Assembly (NCBI GenBank): GCA_045648085.1
Contig: JAZRNF010000084.1
Location: 489-64,488, forward strand
Direction: 5' to 3'
DNA: 64,000 nt
Source of the DNA: Christensenellaceae bacterium
GTDB lineage: Bacteria > Bacillota > Clostridia > Christensenellales > Borkfalkiaceae
Of the stretch, positions 1 through 7,944 are shown one piece after another. Positions within the stretch are counted from its first letter, which is position 1. Every line of letters begins with the position of its first letter. The position numbers were made by a program, and so were the translations under genes. A model generated the notes under the pieces. That model did no database searches. It was not told the origin of the DNA and was given only the letters and a program-made list of their open reading frames with translations.

Positions 1-5
1 AGTGT

Positions 6-602
6 TTGCTAGCGGTAAAGTATGGCTTTAAAAGTGTGACGGTGCTTCCTACGTATGTAAGTCTTGCCAAGTCATTTTTAATAGACAACGGGGTACAAGT
101 TAGGGCGCTAATCGCTTACCCGTTTGGCGAAGAAATTAGCAAAGTAAAAATATTATCTGTAAAAAAAGCAGTGCAAATGGGTGCTAGCGGAATACTTGTT
201 TCACCGTCAATAAAAGATATTAAAAATAAAAATTTTAAACTTGTCGGCAAAGAAATTAAAAAAATAGTTAGGTCGGCAGGTAGAAAACAAGTGACGGTAA
301 TGCTTGACGAAAATTTATTGTCAATAGTTGAAATGGAAGAAGTTGTTAAGGCTATTTTAAAAGAAACTAAGGTTTATTCAATAATGTCGTCTAGCGTGTT
401 TTCAGATAAAATTAGCGATATGCAAGCCGTTAAAAACGTAAGCGTTGCAATAGACGGCAGGTGCTACGTTGAGGGCGGTGGTAAAATTGAAACGGCATCG
501 CAAACGGTACAACTTTTAGCAAGTGGTGCTAATAGTATTACAAGCAAGTACTGTCCTATGATAGCAAAAGAACTTAATATGAAAATTATATCAAGCGTAT
601 AA
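6..602 (+). CDS. DeoC/LacD-family aldolase-like protein; ORF is open to the window edge, so the 5' end may be truncated
   Basis: TIM-barrel aldolase-like pattern (YPFGEE, GASGILVSP, VEGGGKIET). The reading frame continues to position 3 with no stop. Confidence 0.45.
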   Translation: MLAVKYGFKSVTVLPTYVSLAKSFLIDNGVQVRALIAYPFGEEISKVKILSVKKAVQMGASGILVSPSIKDIKNKNFKLVGKEIKKIVRSAGRKQVTVMLDENLLSIVEMEEVVKAILKETKVYSIMSSSVFSDKISDMQAVKNVSVAIDGRCYVEGGGKIETASQTVQLLASGANSITSKYCPMIAKELNMKIISSV

Positions 603-618
603 CTTGACTTATAATTAA

Positions 619-654
619 AATCAATATATAATTTATGTATATTGATTTTTTTAT
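619..654 (+). terminator. Rho-independent terminator after the aldolase-like gene
   Basis: Perfect 10-bp stem aatcaatata/tatattgatt (619-628 / 638-647) followed by a T-run. Confidence 0.7.
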
Positions 655-668
655 TTTAGGTGATTACA

Positions 669-1211
669 ATGATGGATTTTAACGCTAAAAAAATAACTAG
701 AACAGCGATATTTGTCGCCCTTTCTTTTGTAATTTCTTTTATAGAATTTCCGTTGTTTCCACAAGCAGGTTTTTTAAAATTAGATTTTTCTAACGTGTTT
801 ATTTTAATTGGAGGATTTTCTTTAGGTCCTATATACGGCGTAATTATACTTTCATGTAAAGAGTTATTATGCTTATTTAAAACTACTACCTACGTAGGAC
901 AAATAGCGAATTTCTTAATGGGCTTGTCTTATATTTTAATTCCAACGGTAGCGTATAAATACAAAAAAGGCATAAAACTTGTAGTTATAACTTTGGCTAT
1001 TTCAACTTTAATTCAAACGGGTGTATCTTTACTTGTAAATAGATTTATAAACTTCCCTTTATTTCTAAAAGGTATGCCTATGCAAGCGATAATTGAAACT
1101 TTTAATAGTATGTTTTGGATAATAGTTTTATTTAATCTTATAAAGGGCATAGTAATCGGCATTTTAACAATTTTACTTTATAAAAGAACTAAAAAGATAT
1201 TAAAAATTTAA
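669..1211 (+). CDS. ECF transporter S component (substrate-capture subunit, substrate unknown)
   Basis: About 6 TM helices with an ECF_trnsprt-like N-terminus (AIFVALSFVISFIEFPLFP). The ORF-track GTG at 660 lies inside the SD aggtg (658-662), so I moved the start to ATG 669. Confidence 0.65.
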   Translation: MMDFNAKKITRTAIFVALSFVISFIEFPLFPQAGFLKLDFSNVFILIGGFSLGPIYGVIILSCKELLCLFKTTTYVGQIANFLMGLSYILIPTVAYKYKKGIKLVVITLAISTLIQTGVSLLVNRFINFPLFLKGMPMQAIIETFNSMFWIIVLFNLIKGIVIGILTILLYKRTKKILKI

Positions 1212-1219
1212 AGGGTTTT

Positions 1220-1618
1220 ATGGAATACGTATCTAAAAGCGAAAAAGAAACTATAAAAATTGCCAAAGATTTTGCTAAAACCTTAAAAGGTGGCGACGTT
1301 GTTTTACTAAACGGCGAAATGGGTGCGGGCAAAACTGCGTTTACTAAAGGTATAGCAGTAGCACTTGGTATAACCGAGCAAATAACAAGCCCAACGTATG
1401 CGTATATGAACGACTACGACTCTAAACTTTATCACTACGACTGTTATAGGTTATCTAGTGGGGAAGATGCCGAAGCCTTAGGCTTAACCGATTATTTTTA
1501 CTCTAATGGAATTTGCGTTATTGAGTGGAGTGAAAATATTATAGACGTATTACCTAAAAAGGTAATAGAAGTAAAAATAGAAAAAATTAACGAAAAAACA
1601 AGGAAGATAATTATATGA
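1220..1618 (+). CDS. tsaE: tRNA t6A37 biosynthesis ATPase TsaE
   Basis: Walker A GEMGAGKT, the SPTY motif, about 130 aa, and it is followed by tsaB and rimI. Confidence 0.9.
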   Translation: MEYVSKSEKETIKIAKDFAKTLKGGDVVLLNGEMGAGKTAFTKGIAVALGITEQITSPTYAYMNDYDSKLYHYDCYRLSSGEDAEALGLTDYFYSNGICVIEWSENIIDVLPKKVIEVKIEKINEKTRKIII

Positions 1619-2220
1619 AATGTCTTGCAGTTGACACGAGTGGCGAGCATTTATCCGTTCTATATATAGACGGCGATAACGTCGTTTGCGAATATAATGA
1701 AAACATAAATTTACGTCACTCTATAACTTTAATGCCTACTATTGAAAAGGTGCTTTCAAATGCAAACGTATCACTTAAAGAGATTGACGTTTTTGCATCG
1801 GTTGTAGGCCCAGGTTCGTTTACCGGCATAAGGATAGGCGTATCTACTATAAAGGCTTTTTCATACGCTAACGATAAAAAAGTTTTACCATTAACTTCGT
1901 TTGACGTGCTTGCATATAATAAACCATACGGTAAAAACCTTACAGTAATAAGCGCTAGGCACGACAATTACTACGTAGCGGGCTACGATGGGTTAGACCT
2001 TGTGTTAAAGCCTTGCTTTATAGGTAAAGAAGAACTTTTAAAACTCAGTGAAGAATATGAAATTTTAACGTCTTCAAACCTTGATATCAAAAACGCTAAT
2101 TGTAGTTTAGAAAAGGGTTTTATAAATGCTGTAAAAGGCAGTTTAGATAAAGCGACTTTGGATAGAGAAACTCTTGTGCCACTCTACGTTAGAAAAAGTC
2201 AGGCAGAGGAAGGTCTATGA
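1615..2220 (+). CDS. tsaB: tRNA t6A37 biosynthesis protein TsaB (YeaZ)
   Basis: ASKHA-fold N-terminus (LAVDTSGEH, GPGSFTGIRIG). It overlaps tsaE by 4 nt. Confidence 0.88.
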   Translation: MKCLAVDTSGEHLSVLYIDGDNVVCEYNENINLRHSITLMPTIEKVLSNANVSLKEIDVFASVVGPGSFTGIRIGVSTIKAFSYANDKKVLPLTSFDVLAYNKPYGKNLTVISARHDNYYVAGYDGLDLVLKPCFIGKEELLKLSEEYEILTSSNLDIKNANCSLEKGFINAVKGSLDKATLDRETLVPLYVRKSQAEEGL

Positions 2221-2648
2221 TAATTCGCAAATGGCTAGAAAACGATAATCTAAAGGTAAGCGAAATTGAAAAAGACTGTTTTTCTGATTATTGGACTTTA
2301 AAAATGATTGAAGATTCTTTTTCAAATACAAACTTTTTAGGCTTTGTATGCGAAGAAGACGGCGTTGTTGTAGGATATTTGGCAACCATTTGTTGTTTAG
2401 ACGAGTGTGAGGTAAATCTAATTGCGGTAGATAAAAATCACAGGCGTAAACACGTTGCAACTAACCTTATAACCACTTTAATAAATGAATTAAAGACAAA
2501 TGGCGTAAACAAATTGTTTTTAGAAGTTAGGCGTACTAACGACGGCGCTAAATCTCTTTATGAAAGTTTAGGTTTTGCCTACATAGGCGTTCGCCCCAAT
2601 TATTATCAAGGGGTGGAAGACGCTCTTATAATGTGTAAAGATATATAA
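2217..2648 (+). CDS. rimI: Ribosomal-protein-alanine N-acetyltransferase RimI (GNAT)
   Basis: GNAT motif A region (LIAVDKNHRRKHVATNLI) and the classic tsaE-tsaB-rimI context. Confidence 0.85.
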   Translation: MIIRKWLENDNLKVSEIEKDCFSDYWTLKMIEDSFSNTNFLGFVCEEDGVVVGYLATICCLDECEVNLIAVDKNHRRKHVATNLITTLINELKTNGVNKLFLEVRRTNDGAKSLYESLGFAYIGVRPNYYQGVEDALIMCKDI

Positions 2649-2657
2649 GGGGTTATT

Positions 2658-3377
2658 ATTTATAAAAACGTTGACGGCATAGTACTTGAAGATAAAGGCG
2701 AAGGCTTTCCACTTGTGTTTTTACACGGCTTTTTGTCTAATAAAGAAAGTTTTTATTATCAAACGGAGTATTTTTCTTCGTTTAGGAGAGTTATTGCGAT
2801 AGATATTACGGGTTTTGGTAAAAGTAAAAGTTTACCCTATGCGTATTCGCTTGAAGATTACTCAAAAGATATAATTAACGTTTTAAGAGTGTTAAATATA
2901 TATAAGTACGACGTTATTGCACACTCTTTTGGCGGTAGAATAGCAGTAAAACTAATTAGTTTAGGCGAAAAAGTAAACAGGTTAGTTTTGACAGGTTCTG
3001 CGGGGTTAAAGCCTAAAAGAAAGTTAAAATATTATTTTAAAGTTTATAGTTATAAGGCTATCAAATGGTGTTTAAGTGAAAAAACAAGGCGTAAATTCGG
3101 CTCTAGGGAACTAAAATCTTTAAGTGGTAATTTAAGGGCTAGTTATTATAAAATTGTAAACGAACATTTAGATAGCGAAGTTAAAAAAATTAAAAATGAA
3201 ACTCTTTTAGTTTTTGGCGAAAACGATAAAGATACGCCTTTATATATGGCTAAAAGATTTAATAAATATATATTTAATTCAAATTTATACGTTATGAAAA
3301 ATTCAGGACATTTTTGCTTTAACGAAAACGCTAAAGAATTTAATATTTTAGTAAATGAATTTTTAAGGAGGTGTTAA
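2658..3377 (+). CDS. Alpha/beta-fold hydrolase; probable non-canonical ATT start
   Basis: PLVFLHGF oxyanion strand and nucleophile elbow AHSFGG. The ORF-track start (GTG 2715) removes the N-terminal beta-strands. No ATG, GTG or TTG lies between stop 2646 and 2715. SD aagggg (2647-2652) sits 5 nt upstream of ATT 2658. Confidence 0.6.
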   Translation: MYKNVDGIVLEDKGEGFPLVFLHGFLSNKESFYYQTEYFSSFRRVIAIDITGFGKSKSLPYAYSLEDYSKDIINVLRVLNIYKYDVIAHSFGGRIAVKLISLGEKVNRLVLTGSAGLKPKRKLKYYFKVYSYKAIKWCLSEKTRRKFGSRELKSLSGNLRASYYKIVNEHLDSEVKKIKNETLLVFGENDKDTPLYMAKRFNKYIFNSNLYVMKNSGHFCFNENAKEFNILVNEFLRRC

Positions 3378-3378
3378 T

Positions 3379-5052
3379 ATGTTGCCCCTTCATTTAGAAA
3401 GGATAAGACAATTATTTTCCACTCAAATTATATTAAGTTTTATTTTAATAGGTCTTATTAACGCCGTTTTAATGACGTCTATTTCATATAGATTTTTACA
3501 AGCAATGCAACAATGCAGTTATAAGGGAAACGAATATTTTAAATGGCTAGCAAGGAAAGATAACGTTTATTGTAGTAGGCTTTTTATGGTGTCGCTACTT
3601 TCAACGCTAGGATTTATTTTAATAAATATGTCGCTATCGTTCATTGAAAATAGTTGGATAGATTATTGCGGTTTTATAGTATATTTTGTATTTTTAGCGT
3701 TGTTTTACGGTGTAGAATTTAAAAGAAAAGATAAAGTTCCGCTTGTGTTGACAAAGCGTATGTTAAGGCTTATTATAACCTACTTTATTTCAATAATCTT
3801 ATTTAGCGTAGTGCTTGTATTACTTGTAAACTTTGTCGCTATACCTTTTAGGACTAACTTACTTGCTAATTTTAGGTATGCAATTTTATGTTTTTGCCCA
3901 GTAGTAGTACCATATTTATTGTGGATAGCATATTATGTAAATGAGCCGTTTGAAAAACTAATTATTAAAAAATATATAAACGAGTGTAAAGAAAAGTTAG
4001 ACTCTTTTGACAAACTTATTAAAATTGGCGTGACGGGTAGTTGCGGAAAAACGTCGGTTAAAGAGATTTTAAAAACCATTTTATCTGAAAAATTTAAAGT
4101 AGTAGCAACGCCAGAGTCGTATAATACACCGCTTGGAATATCAAAGACGGTAAAGCGTTTAGACGGCACTGAAGACGTGTTTATTGCCGAAATGGGCGCA
4201 AGGCGTGTTGGCGAAATTAAAGAACTTACAAATATCGTTAAGCCAAATATCGCCGTAGTGACGGGGGTAATTTGTCAGCACTTAGAAACCTTTACGGCTC
4301 TTGATAATATTAAAAAAACCAAATACGAAATAATAGAGAATATGAAAGACGGTACTGCATTTTTTAGCGCCGATAACGAGCATACTTTAGAAATGCACAA
4401 AAAATGCAAGTTAAAGTCTAAAATTGCAGGCATAGAAGTAGACAAAAAACCATACGTTTACGCTACCGATATAAAAACTTGCGAAAGCGGAACTAGTTTT
4501 GTATTGCACGTAGGTAAAAAGTCAACCGAAACTAGCACTTCGTTACTTGGAAAACATAACGTTTCTAATATATGTTTAGCAGTAGCGGTTGCCGATAGTT
4601 TAGGTATGCAAATTGACGAAATTGCAAAGGCAATACCAAGAATTAAACCTATAAAACACAGGTTAGAACTTATAAAAACAGAGAAAGGCGTTTTTATCTT
4701 AGACGATAGTTATAATGCTAACCCAGAAGGTGTTAGAAGTGCGCTTGACGTATTAAAAGACTTTAAGGGTAAAAAATACGTAGTCACTCCAGGTATTGTA
4801 GAGTTAGGATTTTTAGAATCGCAAAAGAACTACGAGTTCGGAGTAGAGATTTCTAAAGTTGCTGACACCGTAATACTAATAGGTAGGGCACGTGCGCTTA
4901 GAATAAGAGAGGGCTTGCTTGCAAGTGGAGTTGACAAAAACAATATAATAATGGTTTCAACTTTAGACGAAGCAAGGAGCGAACTTGTTAAAGAGTTAAA
5001 AGAAGGTGACGTTGTTTTATTTGAAAACGACTTACCAGACAAATACATATGA
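3379..5052 (+). CDS. murF: MurF-type Mur ligase (UDP-MurNAc-tripeptide--D-Ala-D-Ala ligase) with an N-terminal polytopic membrane domain of about 195 aa
   Basis: P-loop GVTGSCGKTS, GKHNVSN, HRLE and DDSYNANP motifs, and it sits directly upstream of ddl. Residues 1 to about 195 are dominated by hydrophobic helices. Confidence 0.75.
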   Translation: MLPLHLERIRQLFSTQIILSFILIGLINAVLMTSISYRFLQAMQQCSYKGNEYFKWLARKDNVYCSRLFMVSLLSTLGFILINMSLSFIENSWIDYCGFIVYFVFLALFYGVEFKRKDKVPLVLTKRMLRLIITYFISIILFSVVLVLLVNFVAIPFRTNLLANFRYAILCFCPVVVPYLLWIAYYVNEPFEKLIIKKYINECKEKLDSFDKLIKIGVTGSCGKTSVKEILKTILSEKFKVVATPESYNTPLGISKTVKRLDGTEDVFIAEMGARRVGEIKELTNIVKPNIAVVTGVICQHLETFTALDNIKKTKYEIIENMKDGTAFFSADNEHTLEMHKKCKLKSKIAGIEVDKKPYVYATDIKTCESGTSFVLHVGKKSTETSTSLLGKHNVSNICLAVAVADSLGMQIDEIAKAIPRIKPIKHRLELIKTEKGVFILDDSYNANPEGVRSALDVLKDFKGKKYVVTPGIVELGFLESQKNYEFGVEISKVADTVILIGRARALRIREGLLASGVDKNNIIMVSTLDEARSELVKELKEGDVVLFENDLPDKYI

Positions 5053-5096
5053 TTTTAAAAACACCAAAGCAAAAATAATGTGGAGGTGTTTTTTTA

Positions 5097-6245
5097 ATGA
5101 AGAATATATTAGTATTTTTTGGTGGCAAAAGCGTTGAGCACGACGTTTCTGTTATAACAGGCGTTTTAACGCTAAACTCTATTGATAAAAGTTTATTTGT
5201 GCCTATACCTATATACGTAGATAAAAATGGTATTTTTTTAAGTGGTAATGAACTTTTTGACATTGGCTTTTATAAGAAAAACAATTTTAAAAAATTAAAA
5301 AAAGTCACTTTGATTAGCGGTGATAATAATTTGTACGAGATAAAGAAAAATAAATTAAAAAGGTTGTATTCTATTTCTTGTGCAATAAGTTGTATGCACG
5401 GTCTTAACGGAGAAGACGGAAGCATAATCGGCTTATTAAAAACTTGCCAAATACCTTTTGCTAGCCCCGACTTGTACGCTAGTTCTTTTGCGATAGATAA
5501 AGACTACACCAAGCAAGTTTTAGCGGGTATAAACGTAGATAAACTCCCATACGTTAGAATTTTTAGAAACGCTTATTTTGAAAAGAAAGAAACGGCTATA
5601 AAAATGGTAGAGCGAAAATTTAGTTATCCTGTAATTGTAAAGCCTGCGTGCTTAGGTAGTAGCATTGGTATAACTGTTGCAAACGATTCTAGTGAACTTA
5701 AAAAAGGCTTAGACCTTGCTTTTATTTACGACGATAAAGTTATTGTTGAAAGAAAGTTGGAAAATATTAAAGAGATAAACTGTGCGGCGTATAAAAGTCA
5801 AGATAAAATAATAATTTCTAAATGTGAAGAGCCTATTAAAAGTAAAGACATTTTATCTTTTAAAGATAAATATTTAGGTTATAAAGGGGGGAATGCCAAA
5901 AATGTAAACTTAGATATAGATAAAGTTTTGGAAAGTAAAATAAAAACTATTACCGAAAAAATTTATAGAAAGTGCGACGTTATTGGCGTTATTAGAATAG
6001 ACTACATAATTAGCGATAATAAAATTTACGTAAATGAAATAAATACCGTTCCAGGCTCACTTGCATATTATTTGTTTACCGATACTGTTAGCGGGTTTTC
6101 AAATATGCTAACCCAAATTATAAAGGAAGGAATATCAAAACAAATAGCCTATAACGCAAGGTGTTTTGAGTATAGTTCTAAAGTTCTTGACGGCTTAGGC
6201 TCAAAAAGTGGAAAGATTAAAACGATTGACAAAAAAAATAATTGA
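5097..6245 (+). CDS. ddl: D-alanine--D-alanine ligase
   Basis: FGGKSVEHDVSVITG, GLNGEDGS, an ATP-grasp core (VKPACLGSSIGI) and NEINTVPGS. Confidence 0.9.
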   Translation: MKNILVFFGGKSVEHDVSVITGVLTLNSIDKSLFVPIPIYVDKNGIFLSGNELFDIGFYKKNNFKKLKKVTLISGDNNLYEIKKNKLKRLYSISCAISCMHGLNGEDGSIIGLLKTCQIPFASPDLYASSFAIDKDYTKQVLAGINVDKLPYVRIFRNAYFEKKETAIKMVERKFSYPVIVKPACLGSSIGITVANDSSELKKGLDLAFIYDDKVIVERKLENIKEINCAAYKSQDKIIISKCEEPIKSKDILSFKDKYLGYKGGNAKNVNLDIDKVLESKIKTITEKIYRKCDVIGVIRIDYIISDNKIYVNEINTVPGSLAYYLFTDTVSGFSNMLTQIIKEGISKQIAYNARCFEYSSKVLDGLGSKSGKIKTIDKKNN

Positions 6246-6260
6246 TAGTATAATTTTCTA

Positions 6261-6598
6261 GCGAGATAGTTGTACGGCTGCGGGAAAGAAATTTCACGAG
6301 GAAAGTCCGAGCTTCATAATAGCGTAGTGCTGGTTAACGGCCAGTAGGGGCGACCCTAAGGAAAGTGCAACAGAAAATTACCGCAACGAAAGTTGTAAGG
6401 ATGAAAAGGCGAGGTAAGAGCTCACCGCCCCCTTGGTGACAAGGGGGGCTGTGTAAACCCCACTTGAAGCAAGATAGGAGTGAACGTATTGTTGCTATGG
6501 CAGTTCACTTGTTTTATTCGCTTGAGCCTTGCGGCAACGTAAGGCCTAGATAGATAGCCGTATTAAATGACAGAACTCGGCTTACAGACTATCTCGTT
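6261..6598 (+). ncRNA. rnpB: RNase P RNA (bacterial, probably class B)
   Basis: P4 signature GAGGAAAGTCCG (about 6297) and ACAGAACTCGGCTTACAG (6571-6587), plus GTAAACCCC and CTAGATAGATAGCC. The terminal P1 stem cgagatagt (6262-6270) pairs with actatctcg (6588-6596). Confidence 0.9.
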
Positions 6599-6644
6599 AT
6601 TTTTATATAATGGCTTTGTCGCTAATTGTGCCATAGCCTAGATA

Positions 6645-6673
6645 AAAAGTCGGTGCATAACCGACTTTTTTTG
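6645..6673 (+). terminator. Terminator hairpin downstream of rnpB
   Basis: Stem agtcgg (6648-6653) / ccgact (6661-6666) followed by an 8-T run. Confidence 0.65.
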
Positions 6674-6676
6674 TTT

Positions 6677-6710
6677 AAAAAAAAGAGTTTGCTAAATTTT
6701 ACAAACTCTT
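6677..6710 (-). terminator. Terminator of ychF
   Basis: Stem aagagtttg (6683-6691) / caaactctt (6702-6710). On the minus strand it is followed by a T-run (the A-run at 6677-6684). Confidence 0.7.
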
Positions 6711-6720
6711 TACTTATTTA

Positions 6721-7818
6721 CTAAACGTTAAATCTAAATAAAACAACGTCGCCGTCTTTCATAACGTACTCTTTACCTTCGGAGCGAACTTTACCAAGTT
6801 CTTTTGCTTTAACGTAGTTGCCACACTCTAATAATACGTTCCACTCAACTACTTCCGCACGGATAAAGCCCTTTTCAAAATCGCTGTGAATTTTGCCTGC
6901 GGCTTGTGGTGCTTTAGTTCCGTTAATAATCGTCCACGCCCTTGTTTCGGGCTCACCTGACGTTAAATAACTAATAAGCCCTAAAAGTTTATAACTTGCT
7001 TTAACAAGCCTATTAAGACCGCTTTCACTAAGACCTAAGTCGTTTAAGAATAAAATTTGTTCTTCAGGTTCAAGTTCGCTAATTTCTTCTTCAGTTTTTG
7101 CTGAAATTACTAAAACTTCGCTACCGTCGTTTTTAGCAAACTCTTTAACAAGTTTAACAAGTTCAATTTCGTCCTCGTCTTTACCAAGGTCGTTTTCGCT
7201 AATATTCGCTGCGTAAATAACTGGTTTATCGGTAATTAAAAATAAGCCGTGAACGTACTTTTTCTCTTCGTCGGTTAAGGTTAAACTCCTAACGGATTTA
7301 CCACTTTCTAAACAGTCTAAAACCCTTTTTAAAAGTTCACTTTCTTCCTTATACTTTTTATCGCCCGTTTTGATTAATGAAAACGCCTTGTCGTATTTCT
7401 TTTGTACGCTTTCCATATCGGCTAAAATAAGTTCTAAGTTAATAGTTTCAATATCGCTAATTGGGTTAACTTCGTTATTAACGTGAATAACGTTATCGTC
7501 TTCAAAACACCTAACAACGTGAACAATAGCGTCAACTTCACGGATATGTGATAAAAACTTATTACCAAGACCTTCACCTTTAGACGCGCCTTTAACAAGA
7601 CCTGCAATATCTACGAACTCAATAGTTGCAGGGGTAATTTTTTTACTGTTATATAGTTTTGCTAATTTTTCTAATCTTTCGTCAGGAACGGCAACGATAC
7701 CAACGTTTGGCTCTATTGTACAAAATGGAAAGTTAGCCGCTTGTGCGCCTGCATGAGTAATTGCGTTGAATAAAGTTGATTTGCCTACGTTTGGTAAGCC
7801 AACAACACCTAATTTCAT
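6721..7818 (-). CDS. ychF: Ribosome-binding ATPase YchF
   Basis: MKLGVVGLPNVGKSTLFN and a C-terminal TGS/YchF domain. The ORF-track GTG start lies inside the SD aggtgg; the ATG at 7818 gives the canonical N-terminus. Confidence 0.92.
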   Translation of the reverse strand: MKLGVVGLPNVGKSTLFNAITHAGAQAANFPFCTIEPNVGIVAVPDERLEKLAKLYNSKKITPATIEFVDIAGLVKGASKGEGLGNKFLSHIREVDAIVHVVRCFEDDNVIHVNNEVNPISDIETINLELILADMESVQKKYDKAFSLIKTGDKKYKEESELLKRVLDCLESGKSVRSLTLTDEEKKYVHGLFLITDKPVIYAANISENDLGKDEDEIELVKLVKEFAKNDGSEVLVISAKTEEEISELEPEEQILFLNDLGLSESGLNRLVKASYKLLGLISYLTSGEPETRAWTIINGTKAPQAAGKIHSDFEKGFIRAEVVEWNVLLECGNYVKAKELGKVRSEGKEYVMKDGDVVLFRFNV

Positions 7819-7909
7819 ATAAAAATCCACCTAAATAAAAATTATATTATATATTATATATCATTTTTAAAATACTTTCAAACTTTTTACTGCTTTTAAT
7901 TAAAAATAA

Positions 7910-7938
7910 TTGCAGTTAAAGTTAAATTATGTTAAAAT
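7910..7938 (+). promoter_or_regulatory. Sigma-A-type promoter of argS (TTGCAG, 17 nt, TGtTAAAAT), ending 6 nt before the ATG
   Basis: -35 at 7910-7915, 17-nt spacer, extended -10 at 7930-7938. ATG is at 7945 with no SD in between. Confidence 0.6.
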
Positions 7939-7944
7939 CTACGT

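Noticed and set aside
603-668. Possible FMN or other vitamin riboswitch upstream of the ECF S-component gene.
   Set aside because: The gap is only about 65 nt and is largely filled by the upstream terminator hairpin, which leaves no room for an aptamer.
5057-5093. Hairpin aaaaacacc...ggtgttttt between murF and ddl, whose 3' arm includes the ddl SD (ggaggtg).
   Set aside because: Only 4 G-C/C-G pairs with a 19-nt loop, which is too weak to call a terminator or attenuator with confidence.
7831-7944. Possible T-box leader upstream of argS.
   Set aside because: The region is only 114 nt and very AT-rich, with no T-box sequence or antiterminator. The promoter sits directly on the start codon instead.
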